A DNA stretch of 32,000 nucleotides from Pseudothioglobus sp. nBUS_23 (GCF_051201565.1 NZ_CP179200.1:960001-992000), one strand, 5' to 3'; positions 18,558 through 28,409 are shown, counted from the first letter of the stretch. Translations and numbers: made by a program. Notes: generated by a model from the sequence alone, not told the origin.

Positions 18558-19778
18558 ATGAAAAAAATTATCCTCGACTCTTTAGGTAAATCTCAACACA
18601 GAGGGTTAAACTTTCGTGACATGCTTTATAACAATGAAGCAAGAGCATTTTTCTTCCAAATTGTTACCTTTGTCCTAGTAGTAGGGCTTTTCTATACCGC
18701 TATTGGAAATCTCTTTCAGAATATTGAAGAGAGAGGAATTAATACGGGCTTCACGTTCCTTAAAAATAGAGCTGGATTTGATATTCTGCCATTTCTAGGC
18801 AACTATGTTGTTGACTACACCCCTGAATCCTCCAATTTTAGCGTTTTTTATGTCGGACTGATAAATACCCTTGTTGTGGCATTTGTTGGCATTATTTTGT
18901 CTACCCTTATCGGCCTCTTCATTGGTATTGCTAGACTATCAAATAATTATCTTGTTGCAAAGCTTGCAGGTGGATATATAGAACTTTTTAGAAATGTACC
19001 TATACTTCTTCAAATTCTTTTTTGGTACAACTTATTTATTAATCTTTTTCCTCACCCTAAACAGAGTTTTGCTTTCTTTGACATAATGTTCCTTAATCAA
19101 AGAGGACTTTATCTACCAAAGCCTATCCCTGAAGACGGCTTCTTGCTGGTTGCACTTTCTTTGTTAGTAGGCATAATCGCTTCTTATTTTGTTAAACAAC
19201 ATTACAAAAAGAAGCATGAGTTGACTGGGATTCATACTAGCACTTGGCCGTTCTCAGTTGCTCTGATTCTTGGGCTCCCAATTATCATTTTTCTAGTTTT
19301 AGGATCTCCACTTCAGTTTGATATCGCAGTCCTAGGAAAATTTAACCTAAGAGGAGGGATGAATGTTGTCCCAGAATTCTTGGCATTAACCTTTGCCCTA
19401 AGCGTTTACACTGCAACTTATATTGCAGAAGCAATTAGATCAGGCATTGAGGCAGTAGACAAGGGTCAAAAAGAGGCCGCAGCTGCAATTGGACTTACAC
19501 CAACGCAATCACTAAAGTTAATTATTCTGCCGCAAGCCCTTAGAGTGGCAATACCTCCAACAATTAATCAGTATCTCAATTTAACAAAGAACTCATCCCT
19601 AGCTACCGCTATAGGTTATCCAGAGCTAATGAGTGCATTTGGAGGGACAGTTCTTAATCAAGTTGGTCAGGCTGTTGAAATTTTAGCAATGGCTATGTTA
19701 GTTTATCTTGTGATATCACTCTTTATATCCTTGTTACTAAACTATGTAAATAATAAAATGGCCATCCAGGGAAGATAA
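18558..19778 (+). CDS. aapQ: amino acid ABC transporter permease (AapQ-like)
   Basis: 406-aa polytopic protein with the EAA-type loop IEAVDKGQKEAAAAIGLT...LKLIILPQALR. Its size matches the long AapQ permeases. Confidence 0.8.
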   Translation: MKKIILDSLGKSQHRGLNFRDMLYNNEARAFFFQIVTFVLVVGLFYTAIGNLFQNIEERGINTGFTFLKNRAGFDILPFLGNYVVDYTPESSNFSVFYVGLINTLVVAFVGIILSTLIGLFIGIARLSNNYLVAKLAGGYIELFRNVPILLQILFWYNLFINLFPHPKQSFAFFDIMFLNQRGLYLPKPIPEDGFLLVALSLLVGIIASYFVKQHYKKKHELTGIHTSTWPFSVALILGLPIIIFLVLGSPLQFDIAVLGKFNLRGGMNVVPEFLALTFALSVYTATYIAEAIRSGIEAVDKGQKEAAAAIGLTPTQSLKLIILPQALRVAIPPTINQYLNLTKNSSLATAIGYPELMSAFGGTVLNQVGQAVEILAMAMLVYLVISLFISLLLNYVNNKMAIQGR

Positions 19779-19780
19779 CT

Positions 19781-20929
19781 ATGCCAGTATTCGATCAACA
19801 AGAAACTAGGAAGCCGCCAATATCTCAAATTGGGGCTGTACTTTGGCTTAAAACAAACCTCTTTTCGAGCTGGATTAATTCTATCCTTACTTTTGCTTCT
19901 CTCTATTTACTTTACATCATGATTCCACCGTTGCTGAATTGGATGATATTTGATGCAAGCTTTAGCTTTGGTACTATTAATTTCTTTGGCTTTGAAATAA
20001 AGTTTAGTGAAGAAATGGCAACAAATGATAATTGCGGAAGGGTGGGCGCTTGTTGGCCGTATATCTATGAAAAGCTATACATGTATACCTACGGTTTTTA
20101 TCCAAGAACAGAGACCTGGAGACCTAACACGGTATTCGCTTTAACTGGGCTGCTGTTTGTTATAGTTCCACTTGTTAAAAACTATAAATACAAGAATAGG
20201 GTGACCTTGTCTCTAATCATTCTATACCCACTCATTTCATATGTTTTAATTGCTGGAGGGTTTGGACTATTAACACCGGTTGCAACTGATCAATGGGGAG
20301 GCTTATTGCTTACATTGATTATTGCCTCAGTTGGTATTATCGTTTCTTTTCCTATTGGCGTTCTTTTGGCGCTTGGAAGACAGTCAAACCTTAAAGTAAT
20401 TAAACTCTTTTCAACTCTTTTTATTGAGTTTATTAGAGCAGTTCCATTAATTACAATCCTATTTATGGCTTCTTTTGTTTTGCCGCTGTTTTTAGAATCA
20501 GGTAATTATTTTGATAAACTCTTACGGGCACTCATAGGAATAGCACTTTTTCAGGCCGCATATTTCGCAGAAGTTGTTAGAGGAGGATTACAAGCAATCC
20601 CTAGGGGGCAATACGAGGCTGCAGATGCAATAGGGCTGAGTTATTTTCAAAAAAATGTTCTAATAATCCTGCCTCAAGCTTTGAAAATATCGATACCTAA
20701 TATTGTTGGATCATCAATTTCATTATTTAAAGATACAACACTTGTACTTATTATTGGACTATTTGATATGTTAGCAATGGTTAATCTAACAAGTAATGAC
20801 CCATACTGGCTTGGTAGAGAAACAGAGGGCTTTGTCTTTGTAACAATGGTTATGTGGGCTATACTATATACAATGTCCCGTTATTCAAGGAAATTAGAGT
20901 TACGCTTTAATACGGAAAACAAAAACTAA
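19781..20929 (+). CDS. aapM: amino acid ABC transporter permease (AapM-like)
   Basis: 382-aa polytopic protein with the loop LQAIPRGQYEAADAIGLSYFQKNVLIILPQALK. Starts 2 nt after aapQ. Confidence 0.8.
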   Translation: MPVFDQQETRKPPISQIGAVLWLKTNLFSSWINSILTFASLYLLYIMIPPLLNWMIFDASFSFGTINFFGFEIKFSEEMATNDNCGRVGACWPYIYEKLYMYTYGFYPRTETWRPNTVFALTGLLFVIVPLVKNYKYKNRVTLSLIILYPLISYVLIAGGFGLLTPVATDQWGGLLLTLIIASVGIIVSFPIGVLLALGRQSNLKVIKLFSTLFIEFIRAVPLITILFMASFVLPLFLESGNYFDKLLRALIGIALFQAAYFAEVVRGGLQAIPRGQYEAADAIGLSYFQKNVLIILPQALKISIPNIVGSSISLFKDTTLVLIIGLFDMLAMVNLTSNDPYWLGRETEGFVFVTMVMWAILYTMSRYSRKLELRFNTENKN

Positions 20930-20941
20930 AGGTTGTTAAAT

Positions 20942-21691
20942 ATGAGTGGTAAAAAAACAAATATCATTGAAATATCAGAATTAAATAAGTGGTATGGCGA
21001 CTTCCATGCACTTAAAAATATTAATTTAGATATTAAAGAGGGTGAAATAATCGTTGTATGTGGACCATCAGGAAGTGGAAAGTCCACACTGATACGCTGT
21101 GTTAACTTTCTTGAAAAGTTCCAAGAAGGGTCAATTTTAGTCTCAGGAACAGAGCTGACAGATGATGCCCAGAAGATTAGAAAGATCAGAAGTGAAGTCT
21201 CCATGGTCTTTCAGCACTTTAATTTGTTTCCTCACCTAACAATTGTAGATAATTTAACCTTGGCTCCAATATGGGTCCACAATGAAACAAAGCAAGAGGC
21301 CAGAGAGAAGGCGTTAAAACTACTAGATAGGGTGGGTATTAAAGACCAGGCTGAGAAGTATCCAAATCAACTTAGTGGTGGCCAACAGCAAAGGGTTGCA
21401 ATAGCAAGATCCCTATGTACGAATCCAAAGATAATGCTTTTTGATGAGCCCACCTCAGCACTTGATCCAGAGATGATATCAGAGGTTCTAGATGTAATGA
21501 TAGAGCTAGCTAGGGAAGGAATTACAATGATTTGTGTGACACATGAAATGGGATTTGCAAGAAAAGTTGCGAATAGAATTATATTTATGGACGATGGACA
21601 AATTGTCGAAGAAAATGATCCAGAAAATTTCTTTAATAATGCAGAATCAGATAGGTTACAGCTGTTCTTAAATCAAATATTAACGCATTAA
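20942..21691 (+). CDS. aapP: amino acid ABC transporter ATP-binding protein
   Basis: Walker A GPSGSGKST, signature LSGGQQQRVAIAR, Walker B MLFDEPTSALD and H-loop. ATG 20942 is preferred over TTG 20933. Confidence 0.9.
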   Translation: MSGKKTNIIEISELNKWYGDFHALKNINLDIKEGEIIVVCGPSGSGKSTLIRCVNFLEKFQEGSILVSGTELTDDAQKIRKIRSEVSMVFQHFNLFPHLTIVDNLTLAPIWVHNETKQEAREKALKLLDRVGIKDQAEKYPNQLSGGQQQRVAIARSLCTNPKIMLFDEPTSALDPEMISEVLDVMIELAREGITMICVTHEMGFARKVANRIIFMDDGQIVEENDPENFFNNAESDRLQLFLNQILTH

Positions 21692-21791
21692 AAGATATGT
21701 TAATAGCTTGTTTGAATGGTTAAATTAAAGAATCGCTAATACAAGATTCTGATTTAATTTATAATTTAGTGTCAATTATCATTTAACTCAA

Positions 21792-22196
21792 ATGTTTAAA
21801 TTCTTAAAAAAAGAATCTACACAAGAAGTAAAACAAGAAAAAGTTACTTCATCAGACGATTGGACAAAAGATATTAAACGAAGCAAAAGGATTGGTAATG
21901 AGGTTGAGCAATTATCATTCTTGTACTATTCTGAAGGCATAAATGAAGATATAGGGACTAAGAAGGGACTAAGTGGGGACCATCTTAAAATTCTAAAAAA
22001 TTGTAAAGAAGAAAGTTCGGCATTAGAGTTAATGAAAATTTTAGAGCGCACAAATAAATCTAAATTTAAAACAGCAATTATCAATCCACTAATTGATCAT
22101 CGGTTTCTAGAACTTACAATTCCTGGAAGCCCAAGAAGTCCAAGCCAAAAATACAAACTTACAGGTAAATTTGTAAGAAGAAGATCAAAAGACTAG
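21792..22196 (+). CDS. hypothetical protein with a C-terminal winged-helix module of the Fic/RecG-like C-terminal type
   Basis: 134 aa. The C-terminal ..LKILKNCKEESSALELMKILERTNKSKFKTAIINPLIDHRFLELTIPGSPRSPSQKYKLT resembles the ...L.E.TIPDKP.S..QKYR.T tail I recall in Fic-family and putative-DNA-binding ATPase proteins. Flanked by 100 bp and 350 bp of very AT-rich non-coding DNA. Confidence 0.5.
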   Translation: MFKFLKKESTQEVKQEKVTSSDDWTKDIKRSKRIGNEVEQLSFLYYSEGINEDIGTKKGLSGDHLKILKNCKEESSALELMKILERTNKSKFKTAIINPLIDHRFLELTIPGSPRSPSQKYKLTGKFVRRRSKD

Positions 22197-22546
22197 CCTT
22201 AATAAACTCAATTCTATTAATTATTAGCCATAAAATACTGTATTACTTTAAATTTTAGATTTAAGCGACCTTCTCAATTTTTGCTACAAAGTATTAAGCT
22301 CTATCATTAATAGTCGCTAAATCAATGAATTTCGAGTTCAATATGTAAGTCCTTGTTTTATATAGGTTTATCTACTATTTTAACAGTTTTTAGCATTATT
22401 TAATTCGTATAATTTATATTATGTTAAATAATAATAATACTCAAGATTTATATTCATTTTCCTTAATCTATGGATAATATAATTCTTAGTCCCGCCCTAT
22501 TTTGTTATTTATTGGGTCTTTATTTACTTGGTCCCAATAATCTAAT

Positions 22547-23416
22547 ATGACCGATAACAAAAGAAATTACCTGCTGCTTGCTTCTTTAATTATGATCTGG
22601 GGGTCTTCATTTGTTCTCACTGATCGTTCTTTACTATTTTTCTCACCAGAACAAGTTGTTACTTATAGATTAACTATAGGTGCTTTATCGATGCTGCTTA
22701 TTTCTTTAATTTATCGTAAACGATTATTTGTTTCTATTCGTCCCTGGTTTCATTTTAGCTTTTATGCTGTCATTGGCAACATCTTGCCCTACCTGCTTAT
22801 ATCCACTGGTCAAATGTCGATTACTTCTGGTATGGCCGGCTTACTAATGGCAGTAATGCCTTTAGTTACTTTACTTTTAGCTCATTTCTTTCTACCAAAT
22901 GATAAGCTCAATGTCTACAAAATCCTTGGTTTTATTCTCGGTATCTCGGGAGTTCTTTTTATACTTGCCCCCTCTATCAACAATGGTTCTAACTCTACCT
23001 TTGGTATTCTTCTTGTTCTGGCTGCTGCTTGTTCTTATTCTGTAAATACTATTGTTGCTGCACGATTAACTTCTTATGACCCTATTGTATCAAGCACTTG
23101 TGTCTTAATATTAGCTTCTTTATTTTCTTTTCTAATTTGGCCTGAATCTTTATCTATAGCTTTTAATGATATCCCACTAATTAGCTTATCTTCTATAATC
23201 TTGCTGGGAGTTTTACCAACAGGTATTGCGGCTTATATTTATTTCATAATTATTAATTCAGCTGGTGCCACTTTTTTAGCTAATATTAATTATTTAATTC
23301 CTGTGGTTGCTTTTTTTCTTGGTGCAATATTGCTCGGAGAAGAGATACTTATTCAGAATATTATAGCTTTGATTTTTATCATTTCTGGAATTTTTATTTC
23401 ACGTAAAAATTCCTAA
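22547..23416 (+). CDS. EamA/DMT-family transporter
   Basis: 289 aa, about 10 TM helices in two similar halves, N-terminus LIMIWGSSFV typical of EamA-domain permeases. Confidence 0.8.
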   Translation: MTDNKRNYLLLASLIMIWGSSFVLTDRSLLFFSPEQVVTYRLTIGALSMLLISLIYRKRLFVSIRPWFHFSFYAVIGNILPYLLISTGQMSITSGMAGLLMAVMPLVTLLLAHFFLPNDKLNVYKILGFILGISGVLFILAPSINNGSNSTFGILLVLAAACSYSVNTIVAARLTSYDPIVSSTCVLILASLFSFLIWPESLSIAFNDIPLISLSSIILLGVLPTGIAAYIYFIIINSAGATFLANINYLIPVVAFFLGAILLGEEILIQNIIALIFIISGIFISRKNS

Positions 23417-23497
23417 AAAATAAAAAAAAATTTAATTAAATTCTCCTTTTTTTTCAATTGGTTAGATTCAATTTCCAATAAGGTTTTAAAATTACAA

Positions 23498-23526
23498 TTG
23501 CATCTAATTTAATTATATTCTATATT
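23498..23526 (+). promoter_or_regulatory. putative sigma70 promoter of nrdAB-yfaE (-35 TTGCAT, 17-nt spacer, -10 TATATT)
   Basis: Hexamers read directly at 23498-23503 and 23521-23526. Their position relative to the NrdR boxes is the usual one. AT-rich DNA yields many chance matches. Confidence 0.45.
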
Positions 23527-23532
23527 TAGTGT
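23517..23532. promoter_or_regulatory. NrdR box 1 (overlaps the putative -10)
   Basis: ATTCTATATTTAGTGT matches the published 16-bp NrdR palindrome acaCwAtATaTwGtgt at about 13 of 16 positions. Confidence 0.6.
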
Positions 23533-23548
23533 ATATTTACCTACGGAA

Positions 23549-23564
23549 GCACTAAATGTAGTGC
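23549..23564. promoter_or_regulatory. NrdR box 2
   Basis: GCACTAAATGTAGTGC has CACTA/TAGTG arms fitting the NrdR consensus. It starts 32 bp from box 1, about three helical turns, the usual tandem spacing. Confidence 0.65.
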
Positions 23565-23581
23565 AATTTTAGGAGTCGGGT

Positions 23582-25897
23582 TTGAACCAGGAAATACAGA
23601 CAGTAAAAGACAATGCTGTCGATCAAGAAATTTTAGTAACCAAAAGAGATGGTTCGAAAGAGTCAATTGACTTAGAAAAAATTCACCGTGTTGTCCACTG
23701 GGCTTCTCAAGATCTCGAAAATATTTCGGTATCTCAGGTTGAGATTAATGCCCAACTTGCTTTTTTTGATGGCATCAAGACTGAAGATATTCATGAAACC
23801 ATCATTAAATCTGCTGCAGATTTGATTTCAACTGATGTGCCTGATTATCAATATTTAGCTGCTCGATTAGCGATTTTTCATTTAAGAAAGAAAGCGTTTA
23901 AATCTTTTACACCACCTCCACTAATTGATCATGTCAAAAAGCTGACCGATTTAGGTATTTATGACAAGGACATTCTCAAGAAATACAAAGAATCTGAATT
24001 TAAAGAGCTAGATAATTATATTGATCACTGGCGTGATATGAACTTCTCTTACGCAGCGGTTAAACAACTTGAAGGCAAATATTTGGTTCAAAACCGGGTT
24101 ACTGGTGAAATTCATGAATCTCCTCAAATGCTCTATATGCTCGTTGGTATGTGCTTATTTCAAGAGTACAAGGGTAAGTCTAGATTAAATATTGTTAAGC
24201 GTTTCTATGATGCAGCATCAAACTTTAAAATTTCTTTGCCTACACCAATTATGGCTGGCGTTAGAACCCCTACTCGACAATTCTCGTCTTGTGTGCTAAT
24301 TGAAACTGATGATGATTTAGACTCAATTAGCGCAGCATCAGGTGCTATCGTTAAATACGTATCACAACGTGCTGGAATTGGAATCAATGCTGGAAAGATT
24401 CGAGCCTTAGGAAGCCCAATTAGGGGAGGTGAAGCAACACATACTGGATGTATTCCATTCTTTAAACACTTCCATACAGCTGTTAAATCATGCTCTCAGG
24501 GGGGTGTTCGTGGAGGTGCTGCCACCCTATTCTATCCTCTGTGGCATCTAGAGGTAGAAAGCCTATTAGTCTTAAAGAACAACACAGGAACTGACGAAAA
24601 TAGAATTAGGCATTTAGATTATGGTGTTCAGTTCAATGGTTTAATGTATGAGCGTTTTTTAAAAGATGAATACATTACGCTGTTCTCTCCAAATGACGCG
24701 CCTGGACTTTATGATGCTTTTTTCGCAGATCAGCCTAAGTTTAAGAAGCTTTACGAAAAATACGAGAAAGATGACTTGATTCGAAAGCAACGTATTAATG
24801 CGCGTGAACTATTCGCATTATTTATGAAAGAAAGGGCTAATACAGGTCGTATTTATCTTCAAAATGTGGATCATTGCAATACACATGGCGCTTTCGACCC
24901 TGTGCAGGCTCCAATCAAACAGTCCAATCTATGTATGGAAATTACGCTTCCAACAAAGCCGCTTTATTCCGTGCAAGATGATGCTGGCGAGGTTGCTTTA
25001 TGCACCCTTTCAGCGGTAAACTTAGGTGCTCTAGATAGTCTCGATGAGTTGGAGGATATTACCGATATTATTGTTCGATCGCTAGATTCATTATTAGATT
25101 ATCAGGACTACCCTTTGAAATCTGCTGAAATTACAAGCAACAATAGAAGAACATTGGGCATCGGTATAACTAACTTAGCTTATTACTTGGCTAAGAATGA
25201 TGTCAAGTATTCAGACGGCTCAGGTAATGACTTGATCCATAAAACTTTTGAAGCACTTCAATATTATTCATTAAAGGCTTCCAATGAGATTGCTCAAGAG
25301 TTTGGCCCTTGCCCTCTTTTCTCAGAAACTCAGTATGCAAAAGGAATAATGCCAATTGATAGCTACAAAAAAGATATTGATGATTTTTGTGATACAAAGC
25401 TTGAACTAGACTGGGATACTTTGAGAAAAAATATTCAAGAAAAGGGCCTTAGAAACTCTACTTTGACAGCACTTATGCCTTGCGAAAGCTCGTCTCAAAT
25501 CTCTAATTCTACTAACGGTATTGAGCCGCCAAGAGGCTTTATATCTGTCAAACAATCCAAAGATGGCATACTTAAACAAGTAGTCCCAGAGTACGAAAAG
25601 CTACATAAAAAATATGAGCTTCTTTGGGATATAAAGGACAACGAAGGCTATCTACAATTGTGTGCAATTATGCAAAAATTTGTTGATCAGTCTATTTCGA
25701 CTAATACTCACTATGACCCTTCTCAATATGATGGAAATAGAGTTCCAATGAAGCTCTTCCTTATGGACCTTCTCAAGGCTTATAAGTATGGCATCAAAAC
25801 ACTTTATTACCATACAACGAGAGATGGAGCTAGCGATGATCAGAGCGTTGATAAGAAAGGGGATGATGATTGTGAAGATGGAGTTTGTAAACTTTAA
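23582..25897 (+). CDS. nrdA: class Ia ribonucleotide reductase alpha subunit
   Basis: 771 aa, near-collinear with E. coli NrdA from memory (LVTKRDGS.E.I.L.KIHRV ATP-cone, TPTRQFSSCVLIE, NLC.EI.LPT, C-terminal CE.G.CK). TTG start 7 nt after AGGAG. Confidence 0.95.
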   Translation: MNQEIQTVKDNAVDQEILVTKRDGSKESIDLEKIHRVVHWASQDLENISVSQVEINAQLAFFDGIKTEDIHETIIKSAADLISTDVPDYQYLAARLAIFHLRKKAFKSFTPPPLIDHVKKLTDLGIYDKDILKKYKESEFKELDNYIDHWRDMNFSYAAVKQLEGKYLVQNRVTGEIHESPQMLYMLVGMCLFQEYKGKSRLNIVKRFYDAASNFKISLPTPIMAGVRTPTRQFSSCVLIETDDDLDSISAASGAIVKYVSQRAGIGINAGKIRALGSPIRGGEATHTGCIPFFKHFHTAVKSCSQGGVRGGAATLFYPLWHLEVESLLVLKNNTGTDENRIRHLDYGVQFNGLMYERFLKDEYITLFSPNDAPGLYDAFFADQPKFKKLYEKYEKDDLIRKQRINARELFALFMKERANTGRIYLQNVDHCNTHGAFDPVQAPIKQSNLCMEITLPTKPLYSVQDDAGEVALCTLSAVNLGALDSLDELEDITDIIVRSLDSLLDYQDYPLKSAEITSNNRRTLGIGITNLAYYLAKNDVKYSDGSGNDLIHKTFEALQYYSLKASNEIAQEFGPCPLFSETQYAKGIMPIDSYKKDIDDFCDTKLELDWDTLRKNIQEKGLRNSTLTALMPCESSSQISNSTNGIEPPRGFISVKQSKDGILKQVVPEYEKLHKKYELLWDIKDNEGYLQLCAIMQKFVDQSISTNTHYDPSQYDGNRVPMKLFLMDLLKAYKYGIKTLYYHTTRDGASDDQSVDKKGDDDCEDGVCKL

Positions 25898-25910
25898 TTT
25901 GTAACTAATT

Positions 25911-27047
25911 ATGGCCTATAGTATATTTAATCAAGAAATAAATGACACTCTCAAAGAGCCTATGTTCTTTGGTGACTCAGTGAATGTTGCTCGCTTTGAT
26001 CAGCAGAAATTTGAAATGTTTGAAAAGCTAACTGAAAAACAGCTTTCATTCTTTTGGAGACCAGAAGAAATTGATGTATCAAAAGATAAGATTGATTTTG
26101 GAAAACTACTGCCAAATGAAAAGCATATCTTTGTTTCAAACCTGCAATATCAGATTTTATTAGATTCTGTGCAAGGCCGATCGCCTAATATTGCTTTTCT
26201 CCCGATTGTATCTCTGCCTGAGCTAGAAAATTGGGTTGAGACTTGGGCTTTCTCAGAAACAATTCATTCTCGCTCATATACCCATATTATTAGGGCTATT
26301 GTTAATGAGCCTGGTGTTGTTTTTGATGAAATTATGAAAACTGAAGAAATTATTCAGAGAGCTACAAGCGTTTCCAAGCACTACGATAAGTTAATCAAAC
26401 ATACTCAAGCTTACCTTTTAAATGGTGAGGGTGAGCATAAAATTGATGGAAAAATTCTCACCATCAATATGTACTCTCTCAAGAGATTACTTTATTTAAC
26501 TTTAATGTCTGTCAACATACTAGAAGCAATCCGCTTCTATGTTAGCTTTGCCTGTTCGTTTGCATTTGCAGAAAGAAAAGTGATGGAGGGTAATGCTAAG
26601 ATTATTAAGCTAATTGCTAGAGATGAAGCGCTGCACCTGACTGGTACTCAGCATATGCTCAATTTGATGCGTGATGGTAAGGATGATCCTGATATGCAAG
26701 CAATCGCTATTGAGTGCGAAGCAGAAGTTATTCAAATGTTTAAAGATGCAGCAGAGCAAGAGAAGGAATGGGCTGAATACCTGTTTAAAGATGGCTCAAT
26801 GATTGGTTTGAATGCTCAAATCTTAAAGCAATATCTTGAATATATTACAAATATTCGTATGTCTGCATTAAATATGCAGCCAATATTTGAACAGACTACT
26901 AACCCGCTACCATGGCTGAATCATTGGCTTGATTCAGATAACGTTCAAGTTGCTCCACAAGAAACTGAAATTACCTCTTATCTGGTGAGTGCTATCGACA
27001 ATACTATTGATTCTGAAGACGAAGATTTTAGTGATTTTAAGCTCTAG
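25911..27047 (+). CDS. nrdB: class Ia ribonucleotide reductase beta subunit
   Basis: 378 aa with the di-iron and tyrosyl-radical motifs [16 protein letters not shown] and [11 protein letters not shown]. Confidence 0.95.
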   Translation: MAYSIFNQEINDTLKEPMFFGDSVNVARFDQQKFEMFEKLTEKQLSFFWRPEEIDVSKDKIDFGKLLPNEKHIFVSNLQYQILLDSVQGRSPNIAFLPIVSLPELENWVETWAFSETIHSRSYTHIIRAIVNEPGVVFDEIMKTEEIIQRATSVSKHYDKLIKHTQAYLLNGEGEHKIDGKILTINMYSLKRLLYLTLMSVNILEAIRFYVSFACSFAFAERKVMEGNAKIIKLIARDEALHLTGTQHMLNLMRDGKDDPDMQAIAIECEAEVIQMFKDAAEQEKEWAEYLFKDGSMIGLNAQILKQYLEYITNIRMSALNMQPIFEQTTNPLPWLNHWLDSDNVQVAPQETEITSYLVSAIDNTIDSEDEDFSDFKL

Positions 27048-27061
27048 TTGCTTAGCGTCAA

Positions 27062-27325
27062 ATGTTCAAGATTGATGTTGATAATATTAACGGTAAAACA
27101 GAGTCACTCTATGTGTATGGTGAAGCCTCTATTCTGAGCGAACTCGAAGCCAACAATGTACTGGTCAATCATAGCTGTAGACAGGGGCATTGCGGTAGTT
27201 GCATTTTAAAACTCGTCAAGGGAGATGTGATTCATCAGGAGTGTCTAGTGCCCTTATCTCAAGGGGAAATCCTGGCATGTCAATCGAGACCAGTCTCAGA
27301 CATTGAGATAACAACTAAGATTTAA
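27062..27325 (+). CDS. yfaE: 2Fe-2S ferredoxin YfaE (RNR cofactor maintenance)
   Basis: 87 aa with SCRQGHCGSC plus a distal Cys (LACQS). Conserved position after nrdB. Confidence 0.85.
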   Translation: MFKIDVDNINGKTESLYVYGEASILSELEANNVLVNHSCRQGHCGSCILKLVKGDVIHQECLVPLSQGEILACQSRPVSDIEITTKI

Positions 27326-28409
27326 ATTCCTTCAAAAAATTCGTAACCTCTTGGAAGTTACCTTCATATATAACTCTTTGTTTTTTATTGCTAATTTGAA
27401 AGTCATACATAGGGTCATAGTAATCAACAAGGAGAGACTCAATCAGTGGAAAAAAGCCACTTAACTCATTGTTCTCTTTATGATTTTTAAGCGCAATATT
27501 TAACTGATCCAACAGCAAATTGTAGCGCGCCCCGCCAAGTCTTTTCTTGATTTTGAAAAGACTGCCAAGCCAGTAGTTTGAAAAATTATCAGCACCATTT
27601 ATTGGGTCTTGATCGGTAAATCTTTTAATCATATCAATTACATAAGCCTTCAGACTAATTTGAATTCTCTCTTCAATTGAGGCTCTTAGAATAATAATTT
27701 TTGATTCCTTGGCTTTAGCTTTAATCACTTCAGGAATATAGATTGTTCCTATATTGTTACCCTCATCTTCAATCAATAGATTCTCGTAGTGTTCTTTTTT
27801 TATCAAGTCTACAATCAGATGGTTCTCAAAATCAATTTGCTTTGGCTGCGGTGTTACATTGTTTCCAAAGGCGGATCCCCTGTGATTCGCATAACCCTCA
27901 AGGTCCAAACTGTTATCAAACTTATTTAACAAAATGGTTTTGCCGCAACCTGTTTGGCCTCCAATAACTAAGAAATTCATTTTGGAAGAAGTACTTTCCA
28001 TTTCATTCAGAAGAAAAGTTCTAAGCGCTTTATATCCTCCTTTAATTCTTGGGTAGGAAACACCAAAATGCTCATAAATCCACTCTTGGGATATCTTTGA
28101 ACGAAGACCACCTCTAAGACAAAAAAGTGCTCCATTTGGGTATTTTTTAACAAACTTAGACCACTTGTCAATCCTTTGTTCTTTAGTTTTTCCACTGACC
28201 AGCTCATGACCAAGTCTAATTGCAGACTTTTGACCATGCTCTTTGTAGCAGATACCAATTTGATGCCTTTCACTATCACTCATAATTGGATAGTTATAAG
28301 CATGAGGAAACGAGCCTTCTTTGAACTCTATTGGCGCCCTTACATCAAGTAATGGAATATTTGATTTAAAGATTTCTGAAAAATTATCGATTTCTTTTAA
28401 ACGATTCAT
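27315..28409 (-). CDS. selU: tRNA 2-selenouridine synthase
   Basis: 364 aa with an N-terminal rhodanese domain (LLDVRAPIEF, catalytic loop CLRGGLRS) and P-loop GGQTGCGKT. Collinear with E. coli YbbB/SelU from memory. ATGA overlap with the selD stop. Confidence 0.9.
   Translation of the reverse strand: MNRLKEIDNFSEIFKSNIPLLDVRAPIEFKEGSFPHAYNYPIMSDSERHQIGICYKEHGQKSAIRLGHELVSGKTKEQRIDKWSKFVKKYPNGALFCLRGGLRSKISQEWIYEHFGVSYPRIKGGYKALRTFLLNEMESTSSKMNFLVIGGQTGCGKTILLNKFDNSLDLEGYANHRGSAFGNNVTPQPKQIDFENHLIVDLIKKEHYENLLIEDEGNNIGTIYIPEVIKAKAKESKIIILRASIEERIQISLKAYVIDMIKRFTDQDPINGADNFSNYWLGSLFKIKKRLGGARYNLLLDQLNIALKNHKENNELSGFFPLIESLLVDYYDPMYDFQISNKKQRVIYEGNFQEVTNFLKEFKS

Noticed and set aside
20926-21204. 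92-aa minus-strand ORF overlapping the aapM end and aapP start
   Set aside because: It lies opposite the Walker A region of a canonical ABC ATPase and has no independent support.
22421-22477. 18-codon mini-ORF MLNNNNTQDLYSFSLIYG with four consecutive Asn codons, as a possible attenuation leader peptide upstream of the EamA gene
   Set aside because: There is no Shine-Dalgarno sequence. AAT runs are expected in DNA this AT-rich, and I could not trace an alternative terminator/antiterminator pairing.
23387-23413. Perfect 10-bp hairpin GGAATTTTTA-N7-TAAAAATTCC at the very end of the EamA gene, as a possible terminator
   Set aside because: The stem is almost entirely A/T and is followed by an A-rich rather than T-rich tract on the transcribed strand, so it does not fit an intrinsic terminator. 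It may still be a weak RNA structure.
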